NCBI RefSeq assembly: GCF_004010195.1
Contig: NC_057750.1
Span: 14,989,273 to 15,053,272, forward strand
DNA from: Chiloscyllium plagiosum
Taxonomy: Eukaryota
Direction: 5' to 3'
Length of the DNA stretch: 64,000 nucleotides
Shown: piece by piece, positions 38,375-50,075 of the stretch
Numbering within the stretch: position 1 is the stretch's first letter
Layout: each line of letters opens with the position of its first letter
Made by a program: the position numbers and the translations under genes
The notes under the pieces: model-generated
What the model was told of the DNA's origin: nothing
Database searches by the model: none
What the model saw: the letters and a program-made list of their open reading frames with translations, nothing else

Positions 38375-41300
38375 GGGGGGATCCAAGATGGTGGCAATCT
38401 AGAAAGATTGTGTTGCAGGGCTCTGCGACGCATCGTAAGCAGGGCGAAGTCCTAAACCGCCCTACCCAGACCACCGCAATATCCTGGGACTCTGGAAAGG
38501 TCATGGAGTCCCAGGAAATTGTGAGAGAGCAACTTACCTCAGTTTTCACCAACCAGGGATGCCGAAGAAGGGACGAGGTGCAACCGAGGCCGGGCCCACG
38601 GCCCAGCCTGCAGGATCTTCAGACTTGACTTCCTAGCAGGTCCTGGTAAAGGAACTCGCGAAATCTCACGAGATGTTGGGGAAGCAGACAGAGGAGAAGT
38701 GGGCCTGATCTCTACCATGCCACAGAAGCATGAACAGCAGTTGGGAGAACTCGAGAAAAGGACGGATGAGGTAGAACGCAGAGTCAAAGTGGTGGAAGCT
38801 GATACCGATTCTTCCAAGGATAGGATCCAGGCCCTGGAGAGGCAGGTCCGTAATTTGTTTGACCAGCTTGATGACCTCGAGGACAGGGGCAGGAGAAAAA
38901 AATATTCGGATCGTCGGTCTGCTGGAGGGTAAGGAAGGTGAGTGACCAGTGGAATTTATTGAGGACTGGTTGCCGAAATTCCTTAATTTGGAAGCTGGAA
39001 TGAGAGGCTTGAAGATTGAGAGGGTTCACAGGGTCACGGTGTGGAGATCAGGTCTGGACTATCGTCCTCATACTATCTTGGTGTGGTTTCATCACTATAG
39101 CGACAAGAAGAGAATCATGGAAGCTTCCAGAATCTAGGGAAAGTTTCTGAAGGCTCTACTTTCAAGTGTTCTAAGATCATGTTCTTCCAAGACTTCTCAG
39201 ATGCGGTGAACCGGAAAAGAAAATCCTATGATGGCATCAAGTAAAGACTGACGGAGCTCAGGATCTAGTAACCTCTGAGGTACCCGGTGATGCTTTGGAT
39301 CACCTTCGATGGATCTGTACATCTCTTTGACGCATCAGAGAAGGCAAGAGACTTTGTGCACAAACTAACTTAATCTAAATAATTTAGTATGTACAAATAG
39401 TAGAGTTGTTTGGGTATATCTCTATTTTTCTTTAAATAAAAAGAGGAAGTCCTGTCGGGGCTTTCTTTTCCTTTTTTTTATTGGTAATAATCTGGTCAAA
39501 ACTATGCTGGGGGCGGTTGGTATGTGCACATTCAATTTCTAAGTTATGTTATGCCAAAGGATGGGTGGGGTACTTACCTTTTTTCTGTTCATAACTTGTT
39601 TGTTCACATTGTTATTCCATGGTGTATTTTCTTTCTTTGCTGCTTGTGTTTGTGGTACGGCTCTAGCTAGGATGAGGGAAAATGGTTGGGATGGTTAGAT
39701 GCCTACTTCCAGGCAGTTTATGCCCAGTTCAGGTATTGAAATGCCCAGGCTGCAGTATTGGGAATGGGATGGTAACTTGGGTTTTGAGATGTGCAAATGA
39801 CACCTTTGGCGCTTTATATGTTGGTTTGTTTTTGAGTTTTTGTTGTATATAGTCTTTGATAGCTTTGCTAATTGTGGTGGTTTTAGTTTATGTAGTTTTT
39901 ATGTTTGATGGATCTTGCGACACTAAGGCTCAGCAATTTGTAATTCGAGTTCCTCCTCTCTCGACTCTAAATGTTACTGCAGAAGGTTTTGGCTAATGTC
40001 TTGATTAAATGGTGTACCTGGAACATCAAGGGGAGTCACTCACCAATTAAGAGGAAAAAGCTACTCTTGAGTCTTAGAAAAGAAAAAGTAGGTTTGCTTT
40101 ACTACAGGAGACAAACTTGGATGATAGGGAGCACTTGAAACTATAGCAGAATGGCTTTGATTGGGTTTACCTTTCATCTTTTAATACCAGAAGTAGAGAA
40201 GTGGCTGTATTGGTTAGGAGGAACTTCCCATTTAAGTTACTAGATTGTGTTAAAGACACACACTGGAGGGTTGTAATCCTCAAAGCCCTGAAAAATGGGG
40301 AAAAATACGGGGTTTCTGGTAGATGCGTTCTCTAAATTGATCAGTCTCAAGAGACAGCATATCATTATCGGGGGAGATTTTAATTGTCTCATGGATCTCA
40401 CAGTCGACAGGTTGTGCAAAGGCCTCCCGATACCTTCTGTATAACTAAACAATTAATGTATCTGCATGTGGAGTTAGGGTTAGTGGATGTCTGGAGGCAT
40501 CTCCACCCTACAGGCAGGGATTTTACATTTTTTTCCAATCTTCACAGATGTCACACCAGGACGGATTTTTTTTCTGACCCCTGTGGCAAACCTGACTTGA
40601 TGGCATCTTGTACGATTTGTAATATTACCATCTGCGATCATGCTCTAGTGTACCGGTTGGTTAAGAGTAAGGATGCTACAGTGGGCCCGAGGCACTGGCG
40701 AATCGATCCCTTTATCCTTAACGAATAATAAGTTTGTGGAATACTTCTCTACGGAATTTTGGGCATTCCTAGCCATTAACTCAGGCTCGGTTAGTAGCCC
40801 GTCTGTCCTTTGGGAAACTGCCAAAGCCTTTGCCAGGGGGTTAGTTATCTCCTACTCTGTCAGTGGGAAGTGGAAAAAGGGCAAGTACCATGTCTCCTTG
40901 AAGCACAGTTGAAGGCAGTCGAGAAGGCTTACTTTGACAGGCCTTTGTGGACCAAGCTACAGAAGATCACGGCGCTGAGGTCTGCATTGAATTCTGTGCT
41001 CACGCAGACAGCAAAGAAGGAGCTTACCTTTGCAAAACAAAGGTTGTATGAGCATGGTGACGAACCAGGAAGGTACTTAGCATATCTCACCAGGAAAAGC
41101 ATCACGTCGATTAGGGAAGGGTCTGTGAACCTAACATGCGATTCCAAAAAGATGAATGTGGCATTCCAGAGATTTTACTCTGAATTATCCCAATCTGAGG
41201 GTTGTAAGGAGGGCCGGGCCAAGATGGAGTCCTTTCTCAAGGATCTGAAGATTCAAGGTAGGACCCTTGAAAAAGAGTCTTTTCTCAATGTCCCGTCATC

Positions 41301-44300
41301 AGAACAAGAGGCACAGGAGGCTGTAAAGCAGCTTCAGAGTGGAAAGGTGCCCAATCCTGATGGACTTCCCAGCGAATTCTAGAAGGAATTTATAAGCATG
41401 TTGTCAAGCCCGATTCTCAACATGTTCAATGCCTCGTACAGTCATAATCATCTCCCGCCATCTCAAGGGAAGGTCCCTGAGGACTGTGCTTTGTACAGGC
41501 CCATTTCACTCTTAGAAAGGATTTTAAAGTCAACATTTAAGTCTCTTGCGTTAAGGCTGGAGACTGTTACCTTCTATTGTTAAAGAGGACCAGATAGGCT
41601 TCATAAAAGGCTGCAAATCCTCCAATAATGTTAGGAGGCTGCTTAATGTAATTCAAGCATGTCAACAACAGTCAATACAGGGATTGGTGATTTCTCTAGA
41701 TGCAGAGAAGGCATTTGACTGAGCTGAGATGGCCATACCTCTTTTATACTCTAGACGGTTTGGTTTGGGCGAAGCCTTTATAAGATGGGTAGAGGTTCTC
41801 TACAGTGACCCTCTCACTGCGGTCATCACCAATGGGATATGATCAAACAATTTTAGCATTTTTAGGGGCAGCCGACAGGGCTGTCCCCTTTCACCATTGC
41901 TTTTTATGTTGGTGATTGAACCGTTGGCGGAGGCCATTCATAGGGATCCCAATATTTCAGCTCCAGAAGTGGGGTGAAAATTACATAAGATTTTGTTCTC
42001 TGTGGACAATATCCTCATTTTCTTTTGTCAAATCCCAGCAGGTTCAGTGCCTCACCTGATACAATGCATCAGCACGTTTGGCACCTTTTCGGGATACAAG
42101 GTTAATTTTGCAAAATCAGAGGCTATGCCTATGGGTTGTCTTACGAGGTGCTAGGTCTTGAGGGCAAATCTCAATTCCCATTTAAGTGGTCACGGGGGGG
42201 TTTTATGTATTTGGGCATATCCATCACTCCAGTTCTTGATCGATCGTTTAAAGCTAATTTTGTTCAATTATTCGACAAAATCAAACAGGACCTTCAAAGA
42301 TGGGAGCTGCTTCCAGTCTCATGATTAGGTCAGATAACACTTAAGATGAATATTCTCCCCCGTTTGTTGTACTCTGTACGGGTGCTCCCCCTGATTTTCG
42401 ATAAGCAAGCGTTCAGGAGACTGAACGGCTGGTTCAGCACTTTTATTTAGCATCGTAAGCGGCCTCTTATTAAATTAGCTAAACTGCAATTGCCTCACAG
42501 ACTGGGGGGATTGGACCTCTCGGACATTAAAAACTATCAAATAAGCTCGCTTTTATCTTACATGAGTGATTGGGCTTGTGGGGACCCTCTTTCAATACCT
42601 CGAAACCTCTCAGGTAGGGTGCCCATTTATTAGTTTGCTGTTTTTGGATAAAGTGAGGACAGTTAGAGAATATTGCCATAATCAAACAATTATCAATACT
42701 GTTAAAGTATGGAAGGCAATTCGGCAGAGGGAAGGCAATATTGGCAAAACATCTTTTCTTACACCTATAGTGGGTATGCTGGGTTTTCAACCAGGGATGA
42801 TGGATTCAGGATTCAAACATTGGGCAGCTAGGAGTGTGTCTTGCATGGGCGATTTATTTGAGGGAGACTCAATGATATCTTTTGATCAGTTAGTACAGAA
42901 AGACGAGCTATCTAGTAGGGACTGCTTTCATTTTTTCAAGTTAGGGATTTTATTAAAAAAAAACTACACTTTTGACTGATCCCTAGAAATCCAACATCGA
43001 GAGGAGGGTGCTCAGTGCCAAGAGTACACTTTCTGTCAGCACTTTATATCATCAACTAGGGGGCGGCCCCTCAGGTGAGTTTGATTGACTCTGCAGGGTG
43101 TGGGAGAGAGCTAGGGGTTGAAGTCTTCTCCGAGGCATGGGAAGATATTTGGGAAAACACAAGAAAGATATCAATTTGAAATAGAACCCATGCTTTACAA
43201 TTGAGTATTCTCCACAGGGTCCACTTGGTTCCAGATCAAACTAGGGGTATCTTCGACTTGTCCCAAGAGCACGGCTGGTACGGGCACTCTTACCCATTGT
43301 CTCTGATCCTGTGGCAGGTTTCAAACATACTGGAGCGCTGTGGCAGGTGCAATGGAGGGGATTTTGGGTCTAAGGGTGAAGAAGGACCTGAAGCAGTCAC
43401 AATCCACTCCACCAGACCACTGGACCATTCAAATGTAAGAGACCTGCGAGAAAGTGGGTAAGACTGAGGCTACACTTTTTCAAGACACATACACACACCC
43501 CCTTCCTCGCTTACTCCTTGCGAATGTACAATCTGTGGAGAACAAGGTGGATGAACCCAGATCACGACTCAGCTTCCAACGTGAACTGCAGGACTGCTGC
43601 CCACTCTGCTTCACTGAAACCTGGCCCAACCCATCCATTCCCAACTGCACACTTCAGGCTAATGGTTTTTCTATCCATTGTATGGACCATACAGTGTCCT
43701 CAGGTAAGACAAATAGTTGAGGAGTTTGCTTTTTAATCAACAACTTGTGGTGCATGGACATTGCAACCCTGCCATTTTCAAGAGGGCCAACATCATCCTT
43801 GTACCTAAGAAGGCTCATGCAGCACGTCTCAATGACTATTGCCCAGTGACCCTAACTTCAGTGGTCATGAAGTGCTTTGAAAGGCTGGTCATGGCATTAA
43901 TCAATTCCAGCCTCCCCACTACACTTGACCCACTCCAACTTGCCTATCGGACCAATAGATCCACGTCAGATGCCCTATCACTTGCCCTTCACTCATCCCT
44001 AGAACATCTTGACACCAAGAACAGCTACATAAAAATCCTACTCATTGACTATAGTTCAGCTTTCAAAACTATTATCCCCTCGAGATTGATTACTAAACTT
44101 AGCGATCTCGAACTAAGCCCCACTCTCTGCAACTGGATCCTCAGTTTCCTGATCCACTGGCTACAATCAGGGAAGGTTGGGGACAATATTTTATCCTCAG
44201 TAACACTCAACAGTGGAGCCCCCCAGGGGTGCATACTCAGCCCCCTACTGTACTCACTGTATACCATGACTGTGTTGCCAAATACTAGACTATTGCCATT

Positions 44301-45743
44301 TACAAGTTCACTGATGACACCACTATAGTTGGTCGAATCTGAGATGGCGACGAAACAGACTACAGATGGGAGGTTGAAGACCTGGAAAAATGGTGTACTG
44401 AGAACAACCTAGCTCTCAATGCCGGCAAAACCAAGGAACTCATTATTGACTTTCGGCGGGATGTTACTCATGCCTCCCTACACATCAGCAGCACAGAGGT
44501 GGAACGAGTGGAGAGTGTCAAGCTCCTGGGAGTGGTCATCCACAACAAACTTTCTTGGACTCTTCATGTGGATACACTGGTTACAAAGGCCCAACAACGT
44601 CTCTTCTTCCTCAGGCAGCTGAGAAAACTTGGCATGATGGCAAATATCCTTGCCAACTTTTATAGGTGCGCCATCAAGAGTATTCTGTCTGGATGGATCA
44701 CTACCTGGTATGGCAACTGTACCATTCAAGATCGGAGGTGGTTACAGAGAGTGGTGAACTCAGCCCGGGCAATCACAAAGGCCAACCTTCCATCTATAGA
44801 ATCCATCTACCAGGCCCCGCTGTCAAGGAAAGGCTGCCAGCATTCTCAAAGATCCATCCCACCCTGGCAATATTTTTCTACAACCTCTACCATCGGGGAG
44901 AAGGTACAGAAGCCTGAACACACGCACCAGACAGTTTCGAAACAGCTTCTACCCTACTGTTGTTAGAATATTGAATGGACTCACAAACCCTTAGCATTCA
45001 CCTGTACCTGTGTTTTGTTTTTATTTTTGCCGCTATTTGCCTATTATTTACTTATCTGTGTTACTTAACTCTGTGATCTGCCTGTATTGTTCACAATTTT
45101 CACTGTACCTCGGTACAAGTGACAGTAAATTCAATTCAATTCAAGTCAATTCAATTCTTAGCCTGCCCAGTGTATTCCCTGTAGATGCGCATAAGAAAAA
45201 AAACTTTGCAACTTCCTCACTTTCTGCACAAGAAAGAATGTCTTTTTAGGTTGAGTGTCCGAAAATCTCCTGGGCCTGTCGGGTTGGCGTAAGATTGTTA
45301 TGGAGCATATCCCCTTGGACTTTCTAACAAGTATGGTACACCACAAAACTGAGAATTCCTATAAGACATGGCAGCCCTTTTTGGACTACCTAGACACAGA
45401 TTTGTCTGCCACACTAACACGGGGTTTTATGTAGCTGTAACGATTGTGCTTTATGACTCCAATATCCAGAGAGGGGGAACTGCGAATGTATGAATATTGA
45501 AAATTAACGCTCTCGATATTTGAGAGTTTGTGTTTTGCAGAGCTGTATTAGTGTTATTTATTAGTTTATTAGTTATTATTTAGTTTGATAGTTAGTTAGG
45601 GTTTTTTTAAATGTATTTTTATATATATTTATACATTTGTACATGAGGATGGTTTGGGTTTTATAATTTTTTTGTGTTCTTTCTTTGTATTTTGTATTTG
45701 TTGTAATATTAAAAATCTATTTTCAATAAAAAAAGTTTTTTTA
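38375..45743 (+). mobile_element. Near full-length L1-clade LINE, inactivated, with a nested Rex1-type insertion
   Basis: 5' gggggatccaagatgg; ORF1 relic (coiled coil, LDDLEDRGRRK, KIERVHR) about 38510-39370; ORF2 relic (WNIKG endonuclease, GGDFN, YRPISLL, SLDAEKAFD, RQGCPLSP) about 39990-43390 and 45157-45430; AATAAA plus A tail at 45725; TSD aaatg(g/t)tga(g/a)gtttct at 38359-38374 and 45744-45759. Confidence 0.92.
43391..45156 (+). mobile_element. Rex1/Babar-type LINE with an internal deletion, nested in L1
   Basis: LPRLLLANVQSVENK..FTETW (APE start) fused to FKRANIILVPKK..LTSVVMKCFERLV..LDPLQLAYR..GAPQGCILSPLLYSLYT; tail (caatt)n. Confidence 0.85.
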
Positions 45744-45772
45744 AAATGTTGAAGTTTCTGCTTCTATCACGC

Positions 45773-46125
45773 TTAGAGTCGTAGAGATGTACAGCACGGA
45801 AACAGACCTTTCGGTCCACCTTGTCCATGCTGACCAGATGTGCTAACCTAACCTATTCCCATTTGCCAGCATTTAGGCCATATCCCACTAAACCCTTCCT
45901 ATTCATATACCCATGAAAGAGGCCTTTTACAGGAAGTGAGTTCCAGATTCCCAGCAGAATCTAGGTGAACGAAACAAATTCTCACCGTGTCAGTGCAATT
46001 TTACAGAGCCTTGATAAGACCACACCAGGAACACCGTGTACAGTTTTGGTCCCCTTATTTGAGGATTGATGTTCTGGTTATGGAGCGAGTGCAACAAAGA
46101 TTTACCAGACTGATTCCTGGGATCA
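45773..46125. mobile_element. Two short CR1 fragments (- 45773-45915; + 45987-46125)
   Basis: Reverse-complement CR1 tail; FYRALIRPHQEHRVQFWSPYLR..RFTRLIPG. Confidence 0.75.
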
Positions 46126-46126
46126 T

Positions 46127-46860
46127 TCTGCCCATACCTGTACAAACCTGCCCATACCTGTATAGACCTGTACATGCCTGCCCATACCTGTACACACTTG
46201 CCCATACCTGTACACATCTGCCCATACCTGTACAGACCTGTCAATACCTGTACACATCTTCCCATACCTGTACAAATCTGTCTATACCTGTACACACCCG
46301 TCACTACCTGTACAAGCCTGCCCATATCTGTACACACCTGCCCATGTTTGCACAAACCTGCCCATACTTGTACATATCTGCCCATACCTCTACAAACCAG
46401 CCCATACCTGTACATACCCACCCATACATGTACAAACTTGCCTACACCTGTACACACCTGTCAATACCTGTACAAGCTTGCCTATACCTGTACACACCTG
46501 CCCATACTTGCACAAACCTGTCCATACTTGTATATACCTGCCATACTTGTATATACCTGCCCATATCTGTACAAACCTGTCAATATCTATACACATCTGC
46601 CCATACCTGTACAAACCAGTCCATAGCTGTACAAACCTGACCATACCTGTTTTTATCTGTCAAAACCTGACCATTCCTGTACACACCTGTCCATACCTGT
46701 ACAAACCTGAACATACCTGTACACATCTGTCTATATCTGTCAAAACATGCCAATTCCCTGTATAGCCCTGTCAATACCTGTACATATCTGCCCATACCTG
46801 TACACACCTGTTCATATGTATACACACCTGTCCCCATATCTGAACACACCTGCCCATAAC
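46127..46860. repeat. Minisatellite with a 20-bp unit made of 10-bp subunits
   Basis: (cccatacctg tacacacctg)n, about 36 degenerate copies. Confidence 0.95.
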
Positions 46861-46954
46861 CCCCAATATGTGCATCTCCATTTTCTCTCATTTCTCTAGC
46901 GCTGCATGAACCTTGAGGTCAGTGCATTACAGAGAAAGAGAAAAGCTAAAGTCT

Positions 46955-47360
46955 AGACAAACATTTGGAAATTTAGGAAGTAGGAGCAGGCCGTTCAGCC
47001 CTTCAACCTCCTCTAGCATTCAATATGGTCATAGCTGATTGTATAACTCAGCTTTCTCTCCATACCCTTTGATTCCTTCAACCCTAAAAAGCAAATCTAT
47101 CTGGGAAATATTCAATGTTTTGGCCTCTACTGCTTTCTGTGGCAGAGAATTTCACAGGCTCAACATCTCAGTCCTAATTGGCCTATCCCATATCTTTAGA
47201 CTGTGACCCATGCTTCTGGTTTTCCCTGTCATCAGGAACATCCTTCATGCATTTATCCTGTCTCATCCTGTTAGAATGTTAAAGATTTCTATGAGACTCT
47301 CCATCTCATTTTTCTAAATTCTAGTGAATATGGCCCGGATTGATCCACTCTCTCTTCGTA
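46955..47360 (-). mobile_element. CR1-type LINE 3' end
   Basis: taggaagtaggagcaggccgttcagccc..ctgtggcagagaatttcacagg..atcctgttagaatgttaaag. Confidence 0.7.
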
Positions 47361-47968
47361 CCCGAGGATGAGGCAGAAATGGTGCTTGACAATTCACATC
47401 CTACTATTCACGTCAATTCACGTTGAAGGAGTTTATAGGGACAAACTAGGGTGTACATTTGATAACATGTAAAATAATTTTCTCCTATTATCCTTATCAC
47501 TTAGATTCCGGAAAATTGGCCTCGGTGAAAGCAAAAATACAACATACATTGGAAAACCATCTCATCAAACCCAGTCAATATGGCTGGTGTTCCCCAGTTG
47601 TATTGGTGACAAAGCTTGCTGTTTCAACCAGATTTTATATAGACTGCAGAAAGGTCAATACAATGCCTTAAAGCCAATTCTTTGCTTGGAACATTGTACT
47701 GATAGAATCATCAGTGCAAGCTTACTTACCAAAACAGATCTACTAAAGGAATATTGGGATGTTCCTTTAACACTGAGAGCTAAAGATATACTGTATAGGC
47801 ATTGCCATCCCAGTTTTTTCCAATGTCGAGAGATGTCTCAAAGATACCTCATCAACTTTCCAAAGACTAATGAATCAAGTGTAGCCAGCGTTCCTAACTG
47901 TGTGATTGACCTTGATGAAGTCCTACTACACAATGACACTTGGAAAAAGCACTTAGTACAACTAGAAG

Positions 47969-48116
47969 TTAAAAATCACACAACATCAGATTATAGTCCA
48001 ACAGGTTTACTTGGAAGCACTGGCTTTCAGAGTGCCACTCCTTTATCAGGTGGTTGAGGATAAGATCATGATTGCAGAATTTATGGCCAAAGGAGTCCAT
48101 GACCAGCACCTCCAAT
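47969..48116. mobile_element. Short element, family A
   Basis: ttaaaaatcacacaacatcagattatagtccaacagg...; TSD aactagaag at 47960-47968 and 48117-48125. Confidence 0.75.
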
Positions 48117-48231
48117 AACTAGAAGCTCTATTTAGAAACTTACAGGTTGTTTTGATGATAAACCTTGTTAAAGTGCATTTGGAGAAGTGCAAGTAACTCA
48201 CACGGGCATATGTAGGGGAACAATAAATGTT

Positions 48232-48440
48232 TAAAATGTGTTGCTGGAAAAGCGCAGCAGGTCAGGCAGCATCCAAGGAGCAGGAGAATCAACGTTTCGG
48301 GCATGAACCCTTCTTCAGGAAAGGCTCATGCCCGAAATGTCGATTCTCCCGCTCCTTGGATGCTGCCTGATCTGCTGCGCTTTTCCAGCAACACATTTTC
48401 AGCTCTGATCTCCAGCATCTGCAGTCCTCACTTTCTCCTA
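48232..48440 (-). mobile_element. Short fold-back element, family B, best-preserved copy
   Basis: Near-perfect arms; TSD gaacaataaatgtt at 48218-48231 and 48441-48454; - strand CTGAAGAagggttcatgcccGAAAcgTT at 48291-48318. Confidence 0.88.
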
Positions 48441-48639
48441 GAACAATAAATGTTGCCAATATTTATTGGAGTGGTTCCGTGTCCCTAAGACTAACTGGAA
48501 ATTCATGAGGTTTTTTGGGGATATGTGGTTTCTACCATGAGTTTGCATGAAATTTCAGCACTACAGTTGCTCAACTGATGGATTTGCTGATTACCTTGCA
48601 TGCAAAAGTACAGTCAGGTGGTCAGAGGAGTACCAACCC

Positions 48640-48900
48640 TGGTGGCTCAGCGGTTAGCACTACTGCCTCACAGAGGCAGGGATCAGGGTTCAATTCCAGC
48701 CTCGGGCGATTGTCTATGTGGAGTTTGCACATTCTCCCCGTGTCTGTGTGGGTTTCCTCTAGGACTCCTTCCACAATCCATGGCCATACTAAATTGCCCC
48801 ATAGTGTTCAGGGATGTGTAGGTTAAGTGCATTAGTCAGGGGTAAATATAGGATAGTAGGGGAAAGGGCCTATTTCCACAATGTAGGGATTCTGTTCTAT
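48640..48900 (+). mobile_element. HE1-type SINE
   Basis: ggtggctcagcggttagcactactgcctcacag..gggttcaattcc..aatgtagggattct. Confidence 0.85.
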
Positions 48901-48999
48901 TGAATTGACTGCTGAGCCATGGGGTGTGAAGTCAGCACCTGCAAGGGGTGAAGGTCACAGGAAGTAGGGTGCAGTGCCTGGAGAGTTAAAGGTTAATAT

Positions 49000-49193
49000 C
49001 TGGGGGCGGAGTTAATGCTGGAGGCGGGGTCAGAGCCTGGGGGCGGGGTCAGAGCCTAGGGGCGGGGTCAGTTCTGTCAGCCTTTCACCGCTCAGCAATG
49101 TTGCCGCAGTGATTTCTGGGTGCGGTGTGTGGCATTGTGGGAGTTGTAGGCCTGGGCCTACAGTTCCCAGCATCCGCAGCGCGGCGTGCGGCC
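49000..49193 (+). promoter_or_regulatory. PAF1 promoter: four GC boxes and two inverted ZNF143/SBS-like motifs, CpG-rich
   Basis: ggggcggag, gaggcgggg and ggggcgggg x2 at 49002-49068; cctacaactcccacaatgc (- strand, 49132-49150) and cctacagttcccagcat (+, from 49157); Kozak gccATGG. Confidence 0.75.
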
Positions 49194-49237
49194 ATGGCGC
49201 CGACAATCCAGAACGCGCAGCGGGACGACGGGCACCG
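49194..49237 (+). CDS. PAF1: PAF1 coding exon 1 (MAPTIQNAQRDDGHR)
   Basis: Matches the vertebrate PAF1 N-terminus MAPTIQTQAQREDGHR; donor CG|gtaagt. Confidence 0.95.
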
Positions 49238-49394
49238 GTAAGTCCGGGGAAGGAGGACACGGAGAGAATCGTTTTACATTTATATATAAGTATAAGCTGT
49301 TACTTTCGCGATCGCAGATGCCTTTTCCATAAACTCAGTTTTGTCATTTTCGGCTTTCGTCTCTCAGCCCGATCAACAGATCAACAAGCGGGCA

Positions 49395-50075
49395 CCCACT
49401 GGGTCCTAGTGTACAGTTGGCTCATGGGCAATGGCCCACCAAGAGGGAGCTCACTGGGTCCTAGTGCCCATTCAGATTACTGGGCAATGGACCACCAAGT
49501 GGGAGCTCACTGGGTCCTAGTGCCCATTCAGTTTACAGGGCAATGGACCACCAAGTGGGAACTCACTGGGTCCTAGTGCCCATTCAGTTTACAGGGCAAT
49601 AGACCACCAAGAGGGAACTCACTGGGTCCTAGTGTCCATTCAGTTTACAGGGCAATGGACTACCAAGACGGAACTCACTGGGTCCTGGTGCCCATTCAGA
49701 TTACTGGGCAATAGACCACCAAGAGGGAACTCACTGGGTCCTAGTGCCCATTCAGTTTACAGGGCAATTGACCACCAAGAGGGAACTCACTGGGTCCTCG
49801 TGCCCATTCAGTTTACTGGGCAATGGACCACCAAGAGGGAACTCACTGGGTCCTCGTGCCCATTTAGTTTACTGGGCAATGGACCACCAAGAGGAAACTC
49901 ACTGGGTCTGAGTGCCCATTCAGATTATTGGGCAATGTACCACCAAGCGGGAACTCATTGGGCAAGTGCCTATTCAGGCTACCAGGCAATAGACACCAAG
50001 AGCAAACTCACTCTGTTCTAATGCTCTCTATGTTACCTTGGCAAACAATCACCAAGAGGGAAATCATTGGGTCGA
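49395..50075. repeat. 56-bp tandem repeat with internal inverted repeat, about 11 good plus 2 degenerate copies
   Basis: Unit tcactgggtcctagtgcccattcag(a/t)ttac(t/a)gggcaatggaccaccaagagggaac; starts at 49451, 49507, 49563, 49619 and so on. Confidence 0.95.

Larger units (their letters stand above)
47440..48592 (+). mobile_element. Gypsy-type LTR retrotransposon RT relic, interrupted by two short elements
   Basis: IKPSQYGWCSPVVLVTK..TRFYIDCRKVN, TKTDLLKEYWDVPL, VIDLDEVLLHNDTWKKHL. Confidence 0.75.

Noticed and set aside
45987..46891. Several Cys/His/Pro-rich ORFs
   Set aside because: Translations of a minisatellite.
49395..50075. CRISPR-like array of palindromic repeats
   Set aside because: No unique spacers (whole units repeat), eukaryotic intron, no cas genes.
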